DNA of 64,000 bases from the NCBI GenBank assembly GCA_964016885.1, contig OZ024742.1, forward strand, positions 167,772,001 to 167,836,000. The letters are read 5' to 3'. Each line of letters begins with the position of its first letter. The first letter of the stretch is position 1. The position numbers and the translations under genes are program-made. Positions 10,301-25,400 of the stretch are shown here, in pieces. The notes under the pieces are model-generated. The model was given only the letters and a program-made list of their open reading frames with translations. It searched no databases and was not told the DNA's origin. The DNA is from Eledone cirrhosa. Taxonomy: Eukaryota.

Positions 10301-13300
10301 GGAGGTAATTTGTGAAAAAAAATCAAGGGGAGATAATTTCCAGCCGTCCAAGGGAAGATAATTTCCAGCCCTCCAAGGGGCTATAATTTCCAGCGTCCAA
10401 GGGGAGATAATTTCCAGCCAGCGAAGGGGAGATAATTTTTTTTTTTTAAATCAGGGGGACATAATTTGTAAAAAAAATCAGGGGGAGATAATTTGTAAAA
10501 AAAATCAGGGGGAGATAATTTGTAAAAAAAATCAAGGGTAGATAATTTGTAAAAAAAAATCAAGGGGAGATAATTTCCAGCCGTCCAAGGGGAGATAATT
10601 TTCAGCCGTCCAAGGGGAGATAATTTCCCGCCAGCCAAGGAAAGATAATATTTAAAAAAATCAGGCGGAGATAATTTGTAAAAAAAATCAGGGGGAGATA
10701 ATTTGTAAAAAAATCAGGGGGAGATAATTTGTAAAAAAAAATCAGGGGGAGATAATTTGTAAAAAAAATCAGGGGGAGATAATTTGTAAAAAAAAATCAG
10801 GGGGAGATAATTTGTAAAAAAAAATCAGGGGGAGATAATTTGTAAAAAAAATCAATTGGAGATAATTTCCAGCCGTCCAAGGGGAGATAATTTTCAGCCG
10901 TCCAAGGAGAGGTAATTTCTAGACGTCCAAGGGGAGATAATTTCCAGCCGTCCAAGGGGAGATAATTTCCAGCCGTCCAAGGGTAGATAATATCCAGCCG
11001 TCCAAGGAGACATATTTTCCAGCTTTCCAAGGAGAGGTAATTTCTAGCCGTCCAAGGGGAGATAAATTCCAGCCTCCAAGGGGAGATAATTTCCAGCCAG
11101 CCAAGGGGAGATAATTTGTAAAAAAATCAGGGGGAGATAATTTGTAAAAAAAAATCAGGGGCAGATAATTTGTAAAAAAAATCAGGGGGAGATAATTTGT
11201 AAAAAAAATCAGGGGGAGATAATTTGTAAAAAAAATCAAGGGGAGATAATTTCCAGCCGTCCAAGGGGAGATAATTTTCAGCCGTCCAAGGGGAGATAAT
11301 TTCCCGCCAGCCAAGGGAAGATAATATTTAAAAAATGAGGCGGAGATAATTTGTAAAAAAAATCAGGGGGAGATAATTTGTAAAAAAATCAGGGGGAGAT
11401 AATTTGTAAAAAAAAAATCAGGGAGAGATAATTTGTAAAAAAAATCAGGGGGAGATAATTTGTAAAAAAAAATCAGGGGTAGATAATTTGTAAAAAAAAA
11501 TCAGGGGGAGATAATTTGTAAAAAAAATCAGGGGGAGATAATTTGTAAAAAAAATCAAGGGGAGATAATTTCCAGCCGTCCAAGGGAAGATAATTTCAAG
11601 CCCTCCAAGGGGCTATAATTTCCAGTGTCCAAGGGGAGATAATTTCCAGCCAGCGAAGGGGAGATAATTTTTTTTTTTAAATCAGGGGGAGATTTGTACA
11701 AAAAATCAGGGGGAGATAATTTGTAAAAAAAATCAAAGGGAGATAATTTCCAGCCGTCCAAAGAGAGATAATTTCTAGCCGTCCAAGGGGAGATAATTTC
11801 GAGCCAAGGGGAGATAATTTCCAGCCGTCCAAGGGGAGATAATTTTTTAAAAAATCAGGTGGAGATAATTTGTAAAAAAAATCAGGGGGAGATAATTTGT
11901 AAAAACAAAATCAAGGGCAGATAATTTCCAGCTGTCCAAGGGGAGATAATTTCCAGCCGTGCAAGGGGAGATAATTTCCAGCCGTCCAAGGGGAGATAAT
12001 TTCCATCCTTCCAAGGGGAGATAATTTCCAGCCGTCCAAGGGGAGATAATTTCCCGCCAGCCAAGGGAAGATAATTTTTTAAAAAATCAGGCGGAGATTG
12101 TAAAAAAAATCAGGGGGAGATAATTTGTAAAAAAATCAGGGGGAGATAATTTCCAGCTGTCCAAGGGGAGGTAATATCTAGCCGTCCAAGGGGAGATAAT
12201 TTCCAGCCGTCCAAGGGGAGATAAATTCCATCCGTCCAAGGGTAGATAATATCCAGCCGTCCAAGGAGACATATTTTCCAGCCGTCCAAGGAGAGGTAAT
12301 TTCTAGCCGTCCAAGTGGAGATAAATTCCAGACTCCAAGGGGAGATAATTTCCAGCCAGCCAAGGGGAGATAATTTGTAAAAAAATCAGGGGGAGATAAT
12401 TTGTAAAAAAAATCAGGGGGAGATAATTTGTAAAAAAAAATCAGGGAGAGATAATTTGTAAAAAAAATCAGGGGGAGATAATTTGTAAAAAAAATCAAGG
12501 GGAGATAATTTCCAGCCGTCCAAGGAGAGATAATTTTAAAAAAAAATCAGGCGGAGATAATTTGTAAAAAAAAATCAGGGGGAGATAATTTGTAAAAAAA
12601 AATCAGGGGGAGATAATTTGTAAAAAAAATCAAGGGGAGATAATTTCCAGCCGTCCAAGGGGAGATAATTTTCAGCCGTCCAAGGGGAGATAATTTCCAG
12701 CCGTCCAAGGGGAGATAATTTAAAAAAAAAATCAGGCGGAGATAATTTGTAAAAAAAATCAAGGGGAGATAATTTGCAACCGTCCAAGGGGACATAATTT
12801 TCAGTCGTCCAAGGAGAGGTAATTTCTAGCCGTACAAGGGGAGATAATTTCCAGCCGTCCAAGGGGAGATAATTTCCAGCCGTCCAAGGGGAGATAATTT
12901 TTTTTTAAAAATCAGGCGGAGATAATTTGTAAAAAAAAAATCAGGGGGAGATAATTTGTAAAAAAAAATCAGGGGGAGATAATTTGTAAAAAAAAATCAG
13001 GGGGAGATAATTTGTAAAAAAAATCAAGGGGAGATAATTTCCAGCCGTCCAAGGGAAGATAATTTCCAGCCCTCCAAGGGGCTATAATTTCCAGCGTCCA
13101 AGGGGAGATAATTTCCAGCCAGCGAAGGGGAGATAATTGTTTTAAAAAAATCATTGGGAGATTTGTAAAAAAAATCAGGGGGAGATAATTAATAAAAAAA
13201 ATCAAGGGGAGATAATTTCCAGCCGTCCAAGGGGAGGTAATATCTAGCCGTCCAAGGGGAGATAATTTCCAGCCGTCCAAGGGGAGATAATTTCCAGCCG

Positions 13301-13739
13301 TCCAAGGGTAGATAATATCCAGCCGTCCAAGGAGACATATTTTCCAGCCGTCCTAGGAGAGGTAATTTCTAGCCGTCCAAGGGGAGATAAATTCCAGCCT
13401 CCAAGGGGAGATAATTTCCAGCCAGCCAAGGGGAGATAATTTGTAAAAAAATCAGGGGGAGATAATTTGTAAAAAAAATCAGGGGTAGATAATTTGTAAA
13501 AAAAAATCAGGGGGAGATAATTTGTAAAAAAAAATCAGGGGGAGATAATTTGTAAAAAAAATCAAGGGGAGATAATTTCCAGCCGTCCAAGGAGAGATAA
13601 TTTTAAAAAAAAATCAGGCGGAGATAATTTGTAAAAAAAAATCAGGGGGAGATAATTTGTAAAAAAAAATCAGGGGGAGATAATTTGTAAAAAAAATCAA
13701 GGGGAGATAATTTCCAGCCGTCCAAGGGGAGATAATTTC

Positions 13740-15680
13740 CAGCCGTCCAAGGGGAGATAATTTTTTTAAAAAAATCAGGCGGAGATAATTTGTAAAAAAA
13801 ATCAGGGGGAGATAATTTGTAAAAAAAAATCAGGGGGAGATAATTTGTAAAAAAAAATCAGGGGGAGATAATTTCCAGCCGTCCAAGGTAAGATAATTTC
13901 CAGCCCTCCAAGGGGCTATAATTTCCAGCATCCAAGGGGAGATAATTTCCAGCCGTCCAAGGGTAGATAATATCCAGCCGTCCAAGTAGACATATTTTCC
14001 AGCCGTCCAAGGAGAGGTAATTTCTAGCCGTCCAAGGGGAGATAAATTCCAGCCTCCAAGGGGAGATAATTTCCAGCCAGCCAAGGGGAGATAATTTGTA
14101 AAAAAATCAGGGGGAGATAATTTGTAAAAAAAATCAGGGGGAGATAATTTGTAAAAAAAAATCAGGGGGAGATAATTTGTAAAAAAAAATCAGGGGGAGA
14201 TAATTTGTAAAAAAAAATCAGGGGGAGATAATTTCCAGCCGTCCAAGGGGAGATAATTTCCAGCCGTCCAAGGGTAGATAATATCCAGCCGTCCAAGTAG
14301 ACATTTTCCAGCCGTCCAAGGAGGGGTAATTTCTAGCCGTCCAAGGGGAGATAAATTCCAGCCTCCAAGGGAAGATAATTTCCAGCCAGCCAAGGGGAGA
14401 TAATTTGTAAAAAAATCAGGGGGAGATAATTTGTAAAAAAAATCAGGGGGAGATAATTTGTAAAAAAAAATCAGGGGGAGATAATTTGTAAAAAAAATCA
14501 GGGGGAGATAATTTGTAAAAAAAATCAAGGGGAGATAATTTCCAGCCGTCCAAGGGGAGATAATTTTCAGCCGTCCAAGGGGAGATAATTTCCAGCCGTC
14601 CAAGTGGAGATAATTTCCATCCTTCCAAGGGGAGATAATTTCCAGCCGTCCAAGGGGAGATAATTTTCAGCCGTCCAAGGGGAGATAATTTCCAGCCGTC
14701 CAAGGGGAGATAATTTCCAGCCGTCCAAGGGGAAATAATTTTTTTAAAAAAATCAGGCGGAGATAATTTGTAAAAAAAATCAGGGGGAGATAATTTGTAA
14801 AAAAAAATCAGGGGGAGATAATTTGTAAAAAAAAATCAGGGGGAGATAATTTCCAGCCGTCCAAGGTAAGATAATTTCCAGCCCTCCAAGGGGCTATAAT
14901 TTCCAGCATCCAAGGGGAGATAATTTCCAGCCGTCCAAGGGTAGATAATATCCAGCCGTCCAAGTAGACATATTTTCCAGCCGTCCAAGGAGAGGTAATT
15001 TCTAGCCGTCCAAGGGGAGATAAATTCCAGCCTCCAAGGGGAGATAATTTCCAGCCAGCCAAGGGGAGATAATTTGTAAAAAAATCAGGGGGAGATAATT
15101 TGTAAAAAAAATCAGGGGGAGATAATTTGTAAAAAAAAATCAGGGGGAGATAATTTGTAAAAAAAAATCAGGGGGAGATAATTTGTAAAAAAAAATCAGG
15201 GGGAGATAATTTCCAGCCGTCCAAGGGGAGATAATTTTCAGCCGTCCAAGGGTAGATAATATCCAGCCGTCCAAGTAGACATTTTCCAGCCGTCCAAGGA
15301 GAGGTAATTTCTAGCCGTCCAAGGGGAGATAAATTCCAGCCTCCAAGGGGAGATAATTTCCAGCCAGCCAAGGGGAGATAATTTGTAAAAAAATCAGGGG
15401 GAGATAATTTGTAAAAAAAAATCAGGGGGAGATAATTTGTAAAAAAAAATCAGGGGGAGATAATTTGTAAAAAAAAATCAGGGGGAGATAATTTGTAAAA
15501 AAAATCAAGGGGAGATAATTTCCAGCCCTCCAAGGGGAGATAATTTTCAGCCGTCCAAGGGGAGATAATTTCCAGCCGTCCAAGGGGAGATAATTTCCAT
15601 CCTTCCAAGGGGAGATAATTTCCAGCCGTCCAAGGGGAGATAATTTTCAGTCGTCCAAGGGGAGATAATTTCCCGCCAGC
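13740..15680 (+). repeat. ~978-bp local tandem duplication (two copies)
   Basis: ORF pairs 13830/14808 and 14190/15168 share offset 978. Markers AAGGTAAGAT and CCAGCATCC occur in both copies. Confidence 0.8.
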
Positions 15681-16469
15681 CAAGGGAAGATAATATTTTA
15701 AAAAATCAGGCGGAGATAATTTGTAAAAAAAATCAGGGGGAGATAATTTGTAAAAAAATCAGGGGGAGATAATTTGTAAAAAAAAAATCAGGGGGAGATA
15801 ATTTGTAAAAAAAATCAGGGGGAGATAATTTGTAAAAAAAAAATCAGGGGTAGATAATTTGTAAAAAAAAATCAGGGGGAGATAATTTGTAAAAAAAAAA
15901 TCAGGGGGAGATAATTTGTAAAAAAAATCAGGGGGAGATAATTTGTAAAAAAAAATCAGGGGGAGATAATTTCCAGCCGTCCAAGGGGAGATAATTTTCA
16001 GCCGTCCAAGGGGAGATAATTTCCCGCCAGCCAAGGGAAGATAATATTTAAAAAAATCAGGCGGAGATAATTTGTAAAAAAAATCAGGGGGAGATAATTT
16101 GTAAAAAAATCAGGGGGAGATAATTTGTAAAAAAAATCAAGGGGAGATAATTTCCAGCCGTCCAAGGGGAGGTAATATCTAGCCGTCCAAGGGGAGATAA
16201 TTTCCAGCCGTCCAACAGGAGATAATTTCCAGCCGTCCAAGGGTAGATAATATCCAGCCGTCCAAGGAGACATATTTTCCAGCCGTCCAAGGAGAGGTAA
16301 TTTCTAGCCGTCCAAGGGGAGATAAATTCCAGCCTCCAAGGGGAGATAATTTCCAGCCAGCCAAGGGGAGATAATTTGTAAAAAAAATCAGGGGGAGATA
16401 ATTTGTAAAAAAAATCAGGGGGAGATAATTTGTAAAAAAAAATCAGGGGGAGATAATTTGTAAAAAAAA

Positions 16470-19400
16470 TCAGGGGGAGATAATTTGTAAAAAAAAATCA
16501 AGGGGAGATAATTTCCAGCCGTCCAAGGGGAGATAATTTTCAGCCGCCCAAGGGGAGATAATTTTCCGCCAGCCAAGGGAAGATAATATTTAAAAAATCA
16601 GGCGGAGATAATTTGTAAAAAAAATCAGGGGGAGATAATTTGTAAAAAAATCAGGGGGAGATAATTTGTAAAAAAAAAATCAGGGGGAGATAATTTGTAA
16701 AAGAAATCAGGGGGAGATGATTTGTAAAAAAAAATCAGGGGTAGATAATTTGTAAAAAAAAATCAGGGGGAGATAATTTGTAAAAAAAAATCAGGGGGAG
16801 ATAATTTGTAAAAAAAATCAAGGGGAGATAATTTCCAGCCGTCGAAGGGAAGATAATTTCCAGCCCTCCAAGGGGCTATAATTTCCAGCGTCCAAGGGGA
16901 GATAATTTCCAGCCGTCCAAGGGGAGATAATTTCCAGCCGTCCAAGGGTAGATAATATCCAGCCGTCCAAGTAGACATTTTCCAGCCGTCCAAGGAGAGG
17001 TAATTTCTAGCCGTCCAAGGGGAGATAAATTCCAGCCTCCAAGGGAAGATAATTTCCAGCCAGCCAAGGGGAGATAATTTGTAAAAAAAAATCAGGGGGA
17101 GATAATTTGTAAAAAAAAATCAGGGGGAGATAATTTGTAAAAAAAAATCAGGGGGAGATAATTTGTAAAAAAAATCAGGGGGAGATAATTTGTAAAAAAA
17201 ATCAAGGGGAGATAATTTCCAGCCGTCCAAGGGGAGATAATTATCAGCCGTCCAAGGGGAGATAATTTCCAGCCGTCCAAGGGGAGATAATTTCCATCCT
17301 TCCAAGGGGAGATAATTTCCAGCCGTCCAAGGGGAGATAATTTTCAGCCGTCCAAGGGGAGATAATTTCCCGCCAGCCAAGGGAAGATAATATTTTAAAA
17401 AATCAGGCGGAGATAATTTGTAAAAAAAATCAGGGGGAGATAATTTGTAAAAAAATCAGGGGGAGATAATTTGTAAAAAAAAAATCAGGGGGAGATAATT
17501 TGTAAAAAAAATCAGGGGGAGATAATTTGTAAAAAAAAATCAGGGGTAGATAATTTGTAAAAAAAAATCAGGGGGAGATAATTTGTAAAAAAAAAATCAG
17601 GGGGAGATAATTTGTAAAAAAAATCAAGGGGAGATAATTTCCAGCCGTCCAAGGAGAGATAATTTTTAAAAAAAATCAGGCGGAGATAATTTGTAAAAAA
17701 AATCAAGGGGAGATAATTTGTAAAAAAAAATCAGGGGGAGATAATTTGTAAAAAAAATCAAGGGGAGATAATTTCCAGCCGTCCAAGGGAAGATAATTTC
17801 CAGCACTCCAACGGGCTATAATTTGCAGTGTCCAAGGGGAGATAATTTCCAGCCAGCGAAGGGGAGATAATTTTTTTAAAAAAATCAGGGGGAGATATGT
17901 AAAAAAAATCAGAGGGAGATAATTTCTAAAAAAAATCAAAGGGAGATAATTTCCAGCCGTCCAAAGAGAGATAATTTCTAGCCGTCCAAGGGGAGATAAT
18001 TTCCAGCCAAGGGGAGATAATTTCCAGCCGTCCAAGGGGAGATAATTATTTAAAAAATCAGGTGGAGATAATTTGTAAAAAAAATCAGGGGGAGATAATT
18101 TGTAAAAACAAAATCAAGGGCAGATAATTTCCAGCTGTCCAAGGGGAGATAATTTCCAGTCGTGCAAGGGGAGATAATTTCCAGCCGTCCAAGGGGAGAT
18201 AATTTCCATCCTTCCAAGGGGAGATAATTTCCAGCCGTCCAAGGGGAGATAATTTCCCGCCAGCCAAGGAAAGATAATTTTTTAAAAAATCAGGCGGAGA
18301 TTGTAAAAAAAATCAGGGGGAGATAATTTGTAAAAAAATCAGGAGGAGATAATTTGTAAAAAAATCAAGGGGAGATAATTTCCAGCTGTCCAAGGGGAGG
18401 TAATATCTAGCCGTCCAAGGGGAGATAATTTTCAGCCGTCCAAGGGGAGATAATTTCCAGCCGTCCAAGGGTAGATAATATCCAGCCGTCCAAGGAGACA
18501 TATTTTCCAGCCGTCCAAGGAGAGGTAATTTCTAGCCGTCCAAGTGGAGATAAATTCCAGCCTCCAAGGGGAGATAATTTCCAGCCAGCCAAGGGGAGAT
18601 AATTTGTAAAAAAATCAGGGGGAGATAATTTGTAAAAAAAATCAGGGGGAGATAATTTGTAAAAAAAAATCAGGGGGAGATAATTTGTAAAAAAAATCAG
18701 GGGGAGATAATTTGTAAAAAAAATCAAGGGGAGATAATTTCCAGCCGTCCAAGGAGAGATAATTTAAAAAAAAAATCAGGCGGAGATAATTTGTAAAAAA
18801 AAATCAGGGGGAGATAATTTGTAAAAAAAAATCAGGGGGAGATAATTTGTAAAAAAAATCAAGGGGAGATAATTTCCAGCCGTCCAAGGGGAGATAATTT
18901 TCAGCCGTCCAAGGGGAGATAATTTCCAGCCGTCCAAGGGGAGATAATTTTAAAAAAAAATCAGGCGGAGATAATTTGTAAAAAAAATCAAGGGTAGATA
19001 ATTTGCAACCGTCCAAGGGGACATAATTTTCAGTCGTCCATGGAGAGGTAATTTCTAGCCGTACAAGGGGAGATAATTTCCAGCCGTTCAAGGGGAGATA
19101 ATTTCCAGCCGTCCAAGGGGAGATAATTTTTTTTTAAAAATCAGGCGGAGATAATTTGTAAAAAAAAAATCAGGGGGAGATAATTTGTAAAAAAAAATCA
19201 GGGGGAGATAATTTGTAAAAAAAAATCAGGGGGAGATAATTTGTAAAAAAAATCAAGGGGAGATAATTTCCAGCCGTCCAAGGGAAGATAATTTCCAGCC
19301 CTCCAAGGGGCTATAATTTCCAGCGTCCAAGGGGAGATAATTTCCAGCCAGCGAAGGGGAGATAATTGTTTTAAAAAAATCATTGGGAGATTTGTAAAAA

Positions 19401-22400
19401 AAATCAGGGGGAGATAATTAATAAAAAAATCAAGGGGAGATAATTCCCAGCCGTCCAAGGGGAGGTAATATCTAGCCGTCCAAGGGGAGATAATTTCCAG
19501 CCGTCCAAGGGGAGATAATTTCCAGCCGTCCAAGGGTAGATAATATCCAGCCGTCCAAGGAGACATATTTTCCAGCCGTCCAAGGAGAGGTAATTTCTAG
19601 CCGTCCAAGGGGAGATAAATTCCAGCCTCCAAGGGGAGATAATTTCCAGCCAGCCAAGGGGAGATAATTTGTAAAAAAATCAGGGGGAGATAATTTGTAA
19701 AATAAATCAGGGGTAGATAATTTGTAAAAAAAAATCAGGGGGAGATAATTTGTAAAAAAAAATCAGGGGGAGATAATTTGTAAAAAAAATCAAGGGGAGA
19801 TAATTTCCAGCCGTCCAAGGAGAGATAATTTAAAAAAAAAATCAGGCGGAGATAATTTGTAAAAAAAAATCAGGGGGAGATAATTTGTAAAAAAAAATCA
19901 GGGGGAGATAATTTGTAAAAAAAATCAAGGGGAGATAATTTCCAGCCGTCCAAGGGGAGATAATTTCCAGCCGTCCAAGGGGAAATAATTTTTTAAAAAA
20001 ATCAGGCGGAGATAATTTGTAAAAAAAATCAGGGGGAGATAATTTGTAAAAAAAAATCAGGGTGAGATAATTTGTAAAAAAAAATCAGGGGGAGATAATT
20101 TCCAGCCGTCCAAGGTAAGATAATTTCCAGCCCTCCAAGGGGCTATAATTTCCAGCATCCAAGGGGAGATAATTTCCAGCCGTCCAAGGGTAGATAATAT
20201 CCAGCCGTCCAAGTAGACATATTTTCCAGCCGTCCAAGGAGAGGTAATTTCTAGCCGTCCAAGGGGAGATAAATTCCAGCCTCCAAGGGGAGATAATTTC
20301 CAGCCAGCCAAGGGGAGATAATTTGTAAAAAAATCAGGGGGAGATAATTTGTAAAAAAAATCAGGGGGAGATAATTTGTAAAAAAAAATCAGGGGGAGAT
20401 AATTTGTAAAAAAAAATCAGGGGGAGATAATTTGTAAAAAAAAATCAGGGGGAGATAATTTCCAGCCGTCCAAGGGGAGATAATTTTCAGCCGTCCAAGG
20501 GTAGATAATATCCAGCCGTCCAAGTAGACATTTTCCAGCCGTCCAAGGAGAGGTAATTTCTAGCCGTCCAAGGGGAGATAAATTCCAGCCTCCAAGGGAA
20601 GATAATTTCCAGCCAGCCAAGGGGAGATAATTTGTAAAAAAATCAGGGGGAGATAATTGGAAAAAAAATCAGGGGGAGATAATTTGTAAAAAAAAATCAG
20701 GGGGAGATAATTTGTAAAAAAAATCAGGGGGAGATAATTTGTAAAAAAAATCAAGGGGAGATAATTTCCAGCCGTCCAAGGGGAGATAATTTTCAGCCGT
20801 CCAAGGGGAGATAATTTCCAGCCGTCCAAGGGGAGATAATTTCCAGCCGTCCAAGGGGAAATAATTTTTTTAAAAAAATCAGGCGGAGATAATTTGTAAA
20901 AAAAATCAGGGGGAGATAATTTGTAAAAAAAAATCAGGGGGAGATAATTTGTAAAAAAAAATCAGGGGGAGATAATTTCCAGCCGTCCAAGGTAAGATAA
21001 TTTCCAGCCCTCCAAGGGGCTATAATTTCCAGCATCCAAGGGGAGATAATTTCCAGCCGTCCAAGGGTAGATAATATCCAGCCGTCCAAGTAGACATATT
21101 TTCCAGCCGTCCAAGGAGAGGTAATTTCTAGCCGTCCAAGGGGAGATAAATTCCAGCCTCCAAGGGGAGATAATTTCCAGCCAGCCAAGGGGAGATAATT
21201 TGTAAAAAAATCAGGGGGAGATAATTTGTAAAAAAAATCAGGGGGAGATAATTTGTAAAAAAAAATCAGGGGGAGATAATTTGTAAAAAAAAATTAGGGG
21301 GAGATAATTTGTAAAAAAAAATCAGGGGGAGATAATTTCCAGCCGTCCAAGGGGAGATAATTTTCAGCCGTCCAAGGGTAGATAATATCCAGCCGTCCAA
21401 GTAGACATATTCCAGCCGTCCAAGGAGAGGTAATTTCTAGCCGTCCAAGGGGAGATAAATTCCAGCCTCCAAGGGGAGATAATTTCCAGCCAGCCAAGGG
21501 GAGATAATTTGTAAAAAAATCAGGGGGAGATAATTTGTAAAAAAAAATCAGGGGGAGATAATTTGTAAAAAAAAATCAGGGGGAGATAATTTGTAAAAAA
21601 AAATCAGGGGGAGATAATTTGTAAAAAAAATCAAGGGGAGATAATTTCAAGGCCGTCCAAGGGGAGATAATTTTCAGCCGTCCAAGGGGAGATAATTTCC
21701 AGCCGTCCAAGGGGAGATAATTTCCATCCTTCCAAGGGGAGATAATTTCCAGCCGTCCAAGGGGAGATAATTTTCAGTCGTCCAAGGGGAGATAATTTCC
21801 CGCCAGCCAAGGGAAGATAATATTTTTAAAAATCAGGCGGAGATAATTTGTAAAAAAAATCAGGGGGAGATAATTTGTAAAAAAATCAGGGGGAGATAAT
21901 TTGTAAAAAAAAAATCAGGGGGAGATAATTTGTAAAAAAAATCAGGGGGAGATAATTTGTAAAAAAAAAATCAGGGGTAGATAATTTGTAAAAAAAAATC
22001 AGGGGGAGATAATTTGTAAAAAAAAAATCAGGGGGAGATAATTTGTAAAAAAATCAGGGGGAGATAATTTGTAAAAAAAAAATCAGGGGGAGATAATTTC
22101 CAGCCGTCCAAGGGGAGATAATTTTCAGCCGTCCAAGGGGAGATAATTTCCCGCCAGCCAAGGGAAGATAATATTTAAAAAAATCAGGCGGAGATAATTT
22201 GTAAAAAAAATCAGGGGGAGATAATTTGTAAAAAAATCAGGGGGAGATAATTTGTAAAAAAAATCAAGGGGAGATAATTTCCAGCCGTCCAAGGGGAGGT
22301 AATATCTAGCCGTCCAAGGGGAGATAATTTCCAGCCGTCCAACAGGAGATAATTTCCAGCCGTCCAAGGGTAGATAATATCCAGCCGTCCAAGGAGACAT

Positions 22401-25400
22401 ATTTTCCAGCCGTCCAAGGAGAGGTGATTTCTAGCCGTCCAAGGGGAGATAAATTCCAGCCTCCAAGGGGAGATAATTTCCAGCCAGCCAAGGGGAGATA
22501 ATTTGTAAAAAAAATCAGGGGGAGATAATTTGTAAAAAAAATCAGGGGGAGATAATTTGTAAAAAAAATCAGGGGGAGATAATTTGTAAAAAAAAATCAG
22601 GGGGAGATAATTTGTAAAAAAAATCAGGGGGAGATAATTTGTAAAAAAAATCAAGGAGAGATAATTTCCAGCCGTCCAAGGGGAGATAATTTTCAGCCGT
22701 CCAAGGGGAGATAATTTCCCGCCAGCCAAGGGAAGATAATATTTAAAAAATGAGGCGGAGATAATTTGTAAAAAAAATCAGGGGGAGATAATTTGTAAAA
22801 AAATCAGGGGGAGATAATTTGTAAAAAAAAAATCAGGGGGAGATGATTTGTAAAAAAAATCAGGGGGAGATAATTTGTAAAAAAAAATCAGGGGTAGATA
22901 ATTTGTAAAAAAAAATCAGGGGGAGATAATTTGTAAAAAAAATCAAGGGGAGATAATTTCCAGCCGTCCAAGGGAAGATAATTTCAAGCCCTCCAAGGGG
23001 CTATAATTTCCAGTGTCCAAGGGGAGATAATTTCCAGCCAGCGAAGGGGAGATAATTTTTTTTTAAAAATCAGGGGGAGATTTGTAAAAAAAATCAGGGG
23101 GAGATAATTTGTAAAAAAAAATCAAGGGGAGATAATTTCCAGCCGTCCAAGGGGAGATAATTTTCAGCCGCCCAAGGGGAGATAATTTTCCGCCAGCCAA
23201 GGGAAGATAATATTTAAAAAATCAGGCGGAGATAATTTGTAAAAAAAATCAGGGGGAGATAATTTGTAAAAAAATCAGGGGGAGATAATTTGTAAAAAAA
23301 AAATCAGGGGGAGATAATTTGTAAAAGAAATCAGGGGGAGATGATTTGTAAAAAAAAATCAGGGGTAGATAATTTGTAAAAAAAAATCAGGGGGAGATAA
23401 TTTGTAAAAAAAAATCAGGGGGAGATAATTTGTAAAAAAAATCAAGGGGAGATAATTTCCAGCCGTCGAAGGGAAGATAATTTCCAGCCCTCCAAGGGGC
23501 TATAATTTCCAGCGTCCAAGGGGAGATAATTTCCAGCCGTCCAAGGGGAGATAATTTCCAGCCGTCCAAGGGTAGATAATATCCAGCCGTCCAAGTAGAC
23601 ATTTTCCAGCCGTCCAAGGAGAGGTAATTTCTAGCCGTCCAAGGGGAGATAAATTCCAGCCTCCAAGGGAAGATAATTTCCAGCCAGCCAAGGGGAGATA
23701 ATTTGTAAAAAAAAATCAGGGGGAGATAATTTGTAAAAAAAAATCAGGGGGAGATAATTTGTAAAAAAAAATCAGGGGGAGATAATTTGTAAAAAAAATC
23801 AGGGGGAGATAATTTGTAAAAAAAATCAAGGGGAGATAATTTCCAGCCGTCCAAGGGGAGATAATTATCAGCCGTCCAAGGGGAGATAATTTCCAGCCGT
23901 CCAAGGGGAGATAATTTCCATCCTTCCAAGGGGAGATAATTTCCAGCCGTCCAAGGGGAGATAATTTTCAGCCGTCCAAGGGGAGATAATTTCCCGCCAG
24001 CCAAGGGAAGATAATATTTTAAAAAATCAGGCGGAGATAATTTGTAAAAAAAATCAGGGGGAGATAATTTGTAAAAAAATCAGGGGGAGATAATTTGTAA
24101 AAAAAAAATCAGGGGGAGATAATTTGTAAAAAAAATCAGGGGGAGATAATTTGTAAAAAAAAATCAGGGGTAGATAATTTGTAAAAAAAAATCAGGGGGA
24201 GATAATTTGTAAAAAAAAAATCAGGGGGAGATAATTTGTAAAAAAAATCAAGGGGAGATAATTTCCAGCCGTCCAAGGAGAGATAATTTTTAAAAAAAAT
24301 CAGGCGGAGATAATTTGTAAAAAAAATCAAGGGGAGATAATTTGTAAAAAAAAATCAGGGGGAGATAATTTGTAAAAAAAATCAAGGGGAGATAATTTCC
24401 AGCCGTCCAAGGGAAGATAATTTCCAGCACTCCAACGGGCTATAATTTGCAGTGTCCAAGGGGAGATAATTTCCAGCCAGCGAAGGGGAGATAATTTTTT
24501 TTAAAAAATCAGGGGGAGATATGTAAAAAAAATCAGAGGGAGATAATTTCTAAAAAAAATCAAAGGGAGATAATTTCCAGCCGTCCAAAGAGAGATAATT
24601 TCTAGCCGTCCAAGGGGAGATAATTTCCAGCCAAGGGGAGATAATTTCCAGCCGTCCAAGGGGAGATAATTATTTAAAAAATCAGGTGGAGATAATTTGT
24701 AAAAAAAATCAGGGGGAGATAATTTGTAAAAACAAAATCAAGGGCAGATAATTTCCAGCTGTCCAAGGGGAGATAATTTCCAGTCGTGCAAGGGGAGATA
24801 ATTTCCAGCCGTCCAAGGGGAGATAATTTCCATCCTTCCAAGGGGAGATAATTTCCAGCCGTCCAAGGGGAGATAATTTCCCGCCAGCCAAGGAAAGATA
24901 ATTTTTTAAAAAATCAGGCGGAGATTGTAAAAAAAATCAGGGGGAGATAATTTGTAAAAAAATCAGGAGGAGATAATTTGTAAAAAAATCAAGGGGAGAT
25001 AATTTCCAGCTGTCCAAGGGGAGGTAATATCTAGCCGTCCAAGGGGAGATAATTTTCAGCCGTCCAAGGGGAGATAATTTCCAGCCGTCCAAGGGTAGAT
25101 AATATCCAGCCGTCCAAGGAGACATATTTTCCAGCCGTCCAAGGAGAGGTAATTTCTAGCCGTCCAAGTGGAGATAAATTCCAGCCTCCAAGGGGAGATA
25201 ATTTCCAGCCAGCCAAGGGGAGATAATTTGTAAAAAAATCAGGGGGAGATAATTTGTAAAAAAAATCAGGGGGAGATAATTTGTAAAAAAAAATCAGGGG
25301 GAGATAATTTGTAAAAAAAATCAGGGGGAGATAATTTGTAAAAAAAATCAAGGGGAGATAATTTCCAGCCGTCCAAGGAGAGATAATTTAAAAAAAAAAT

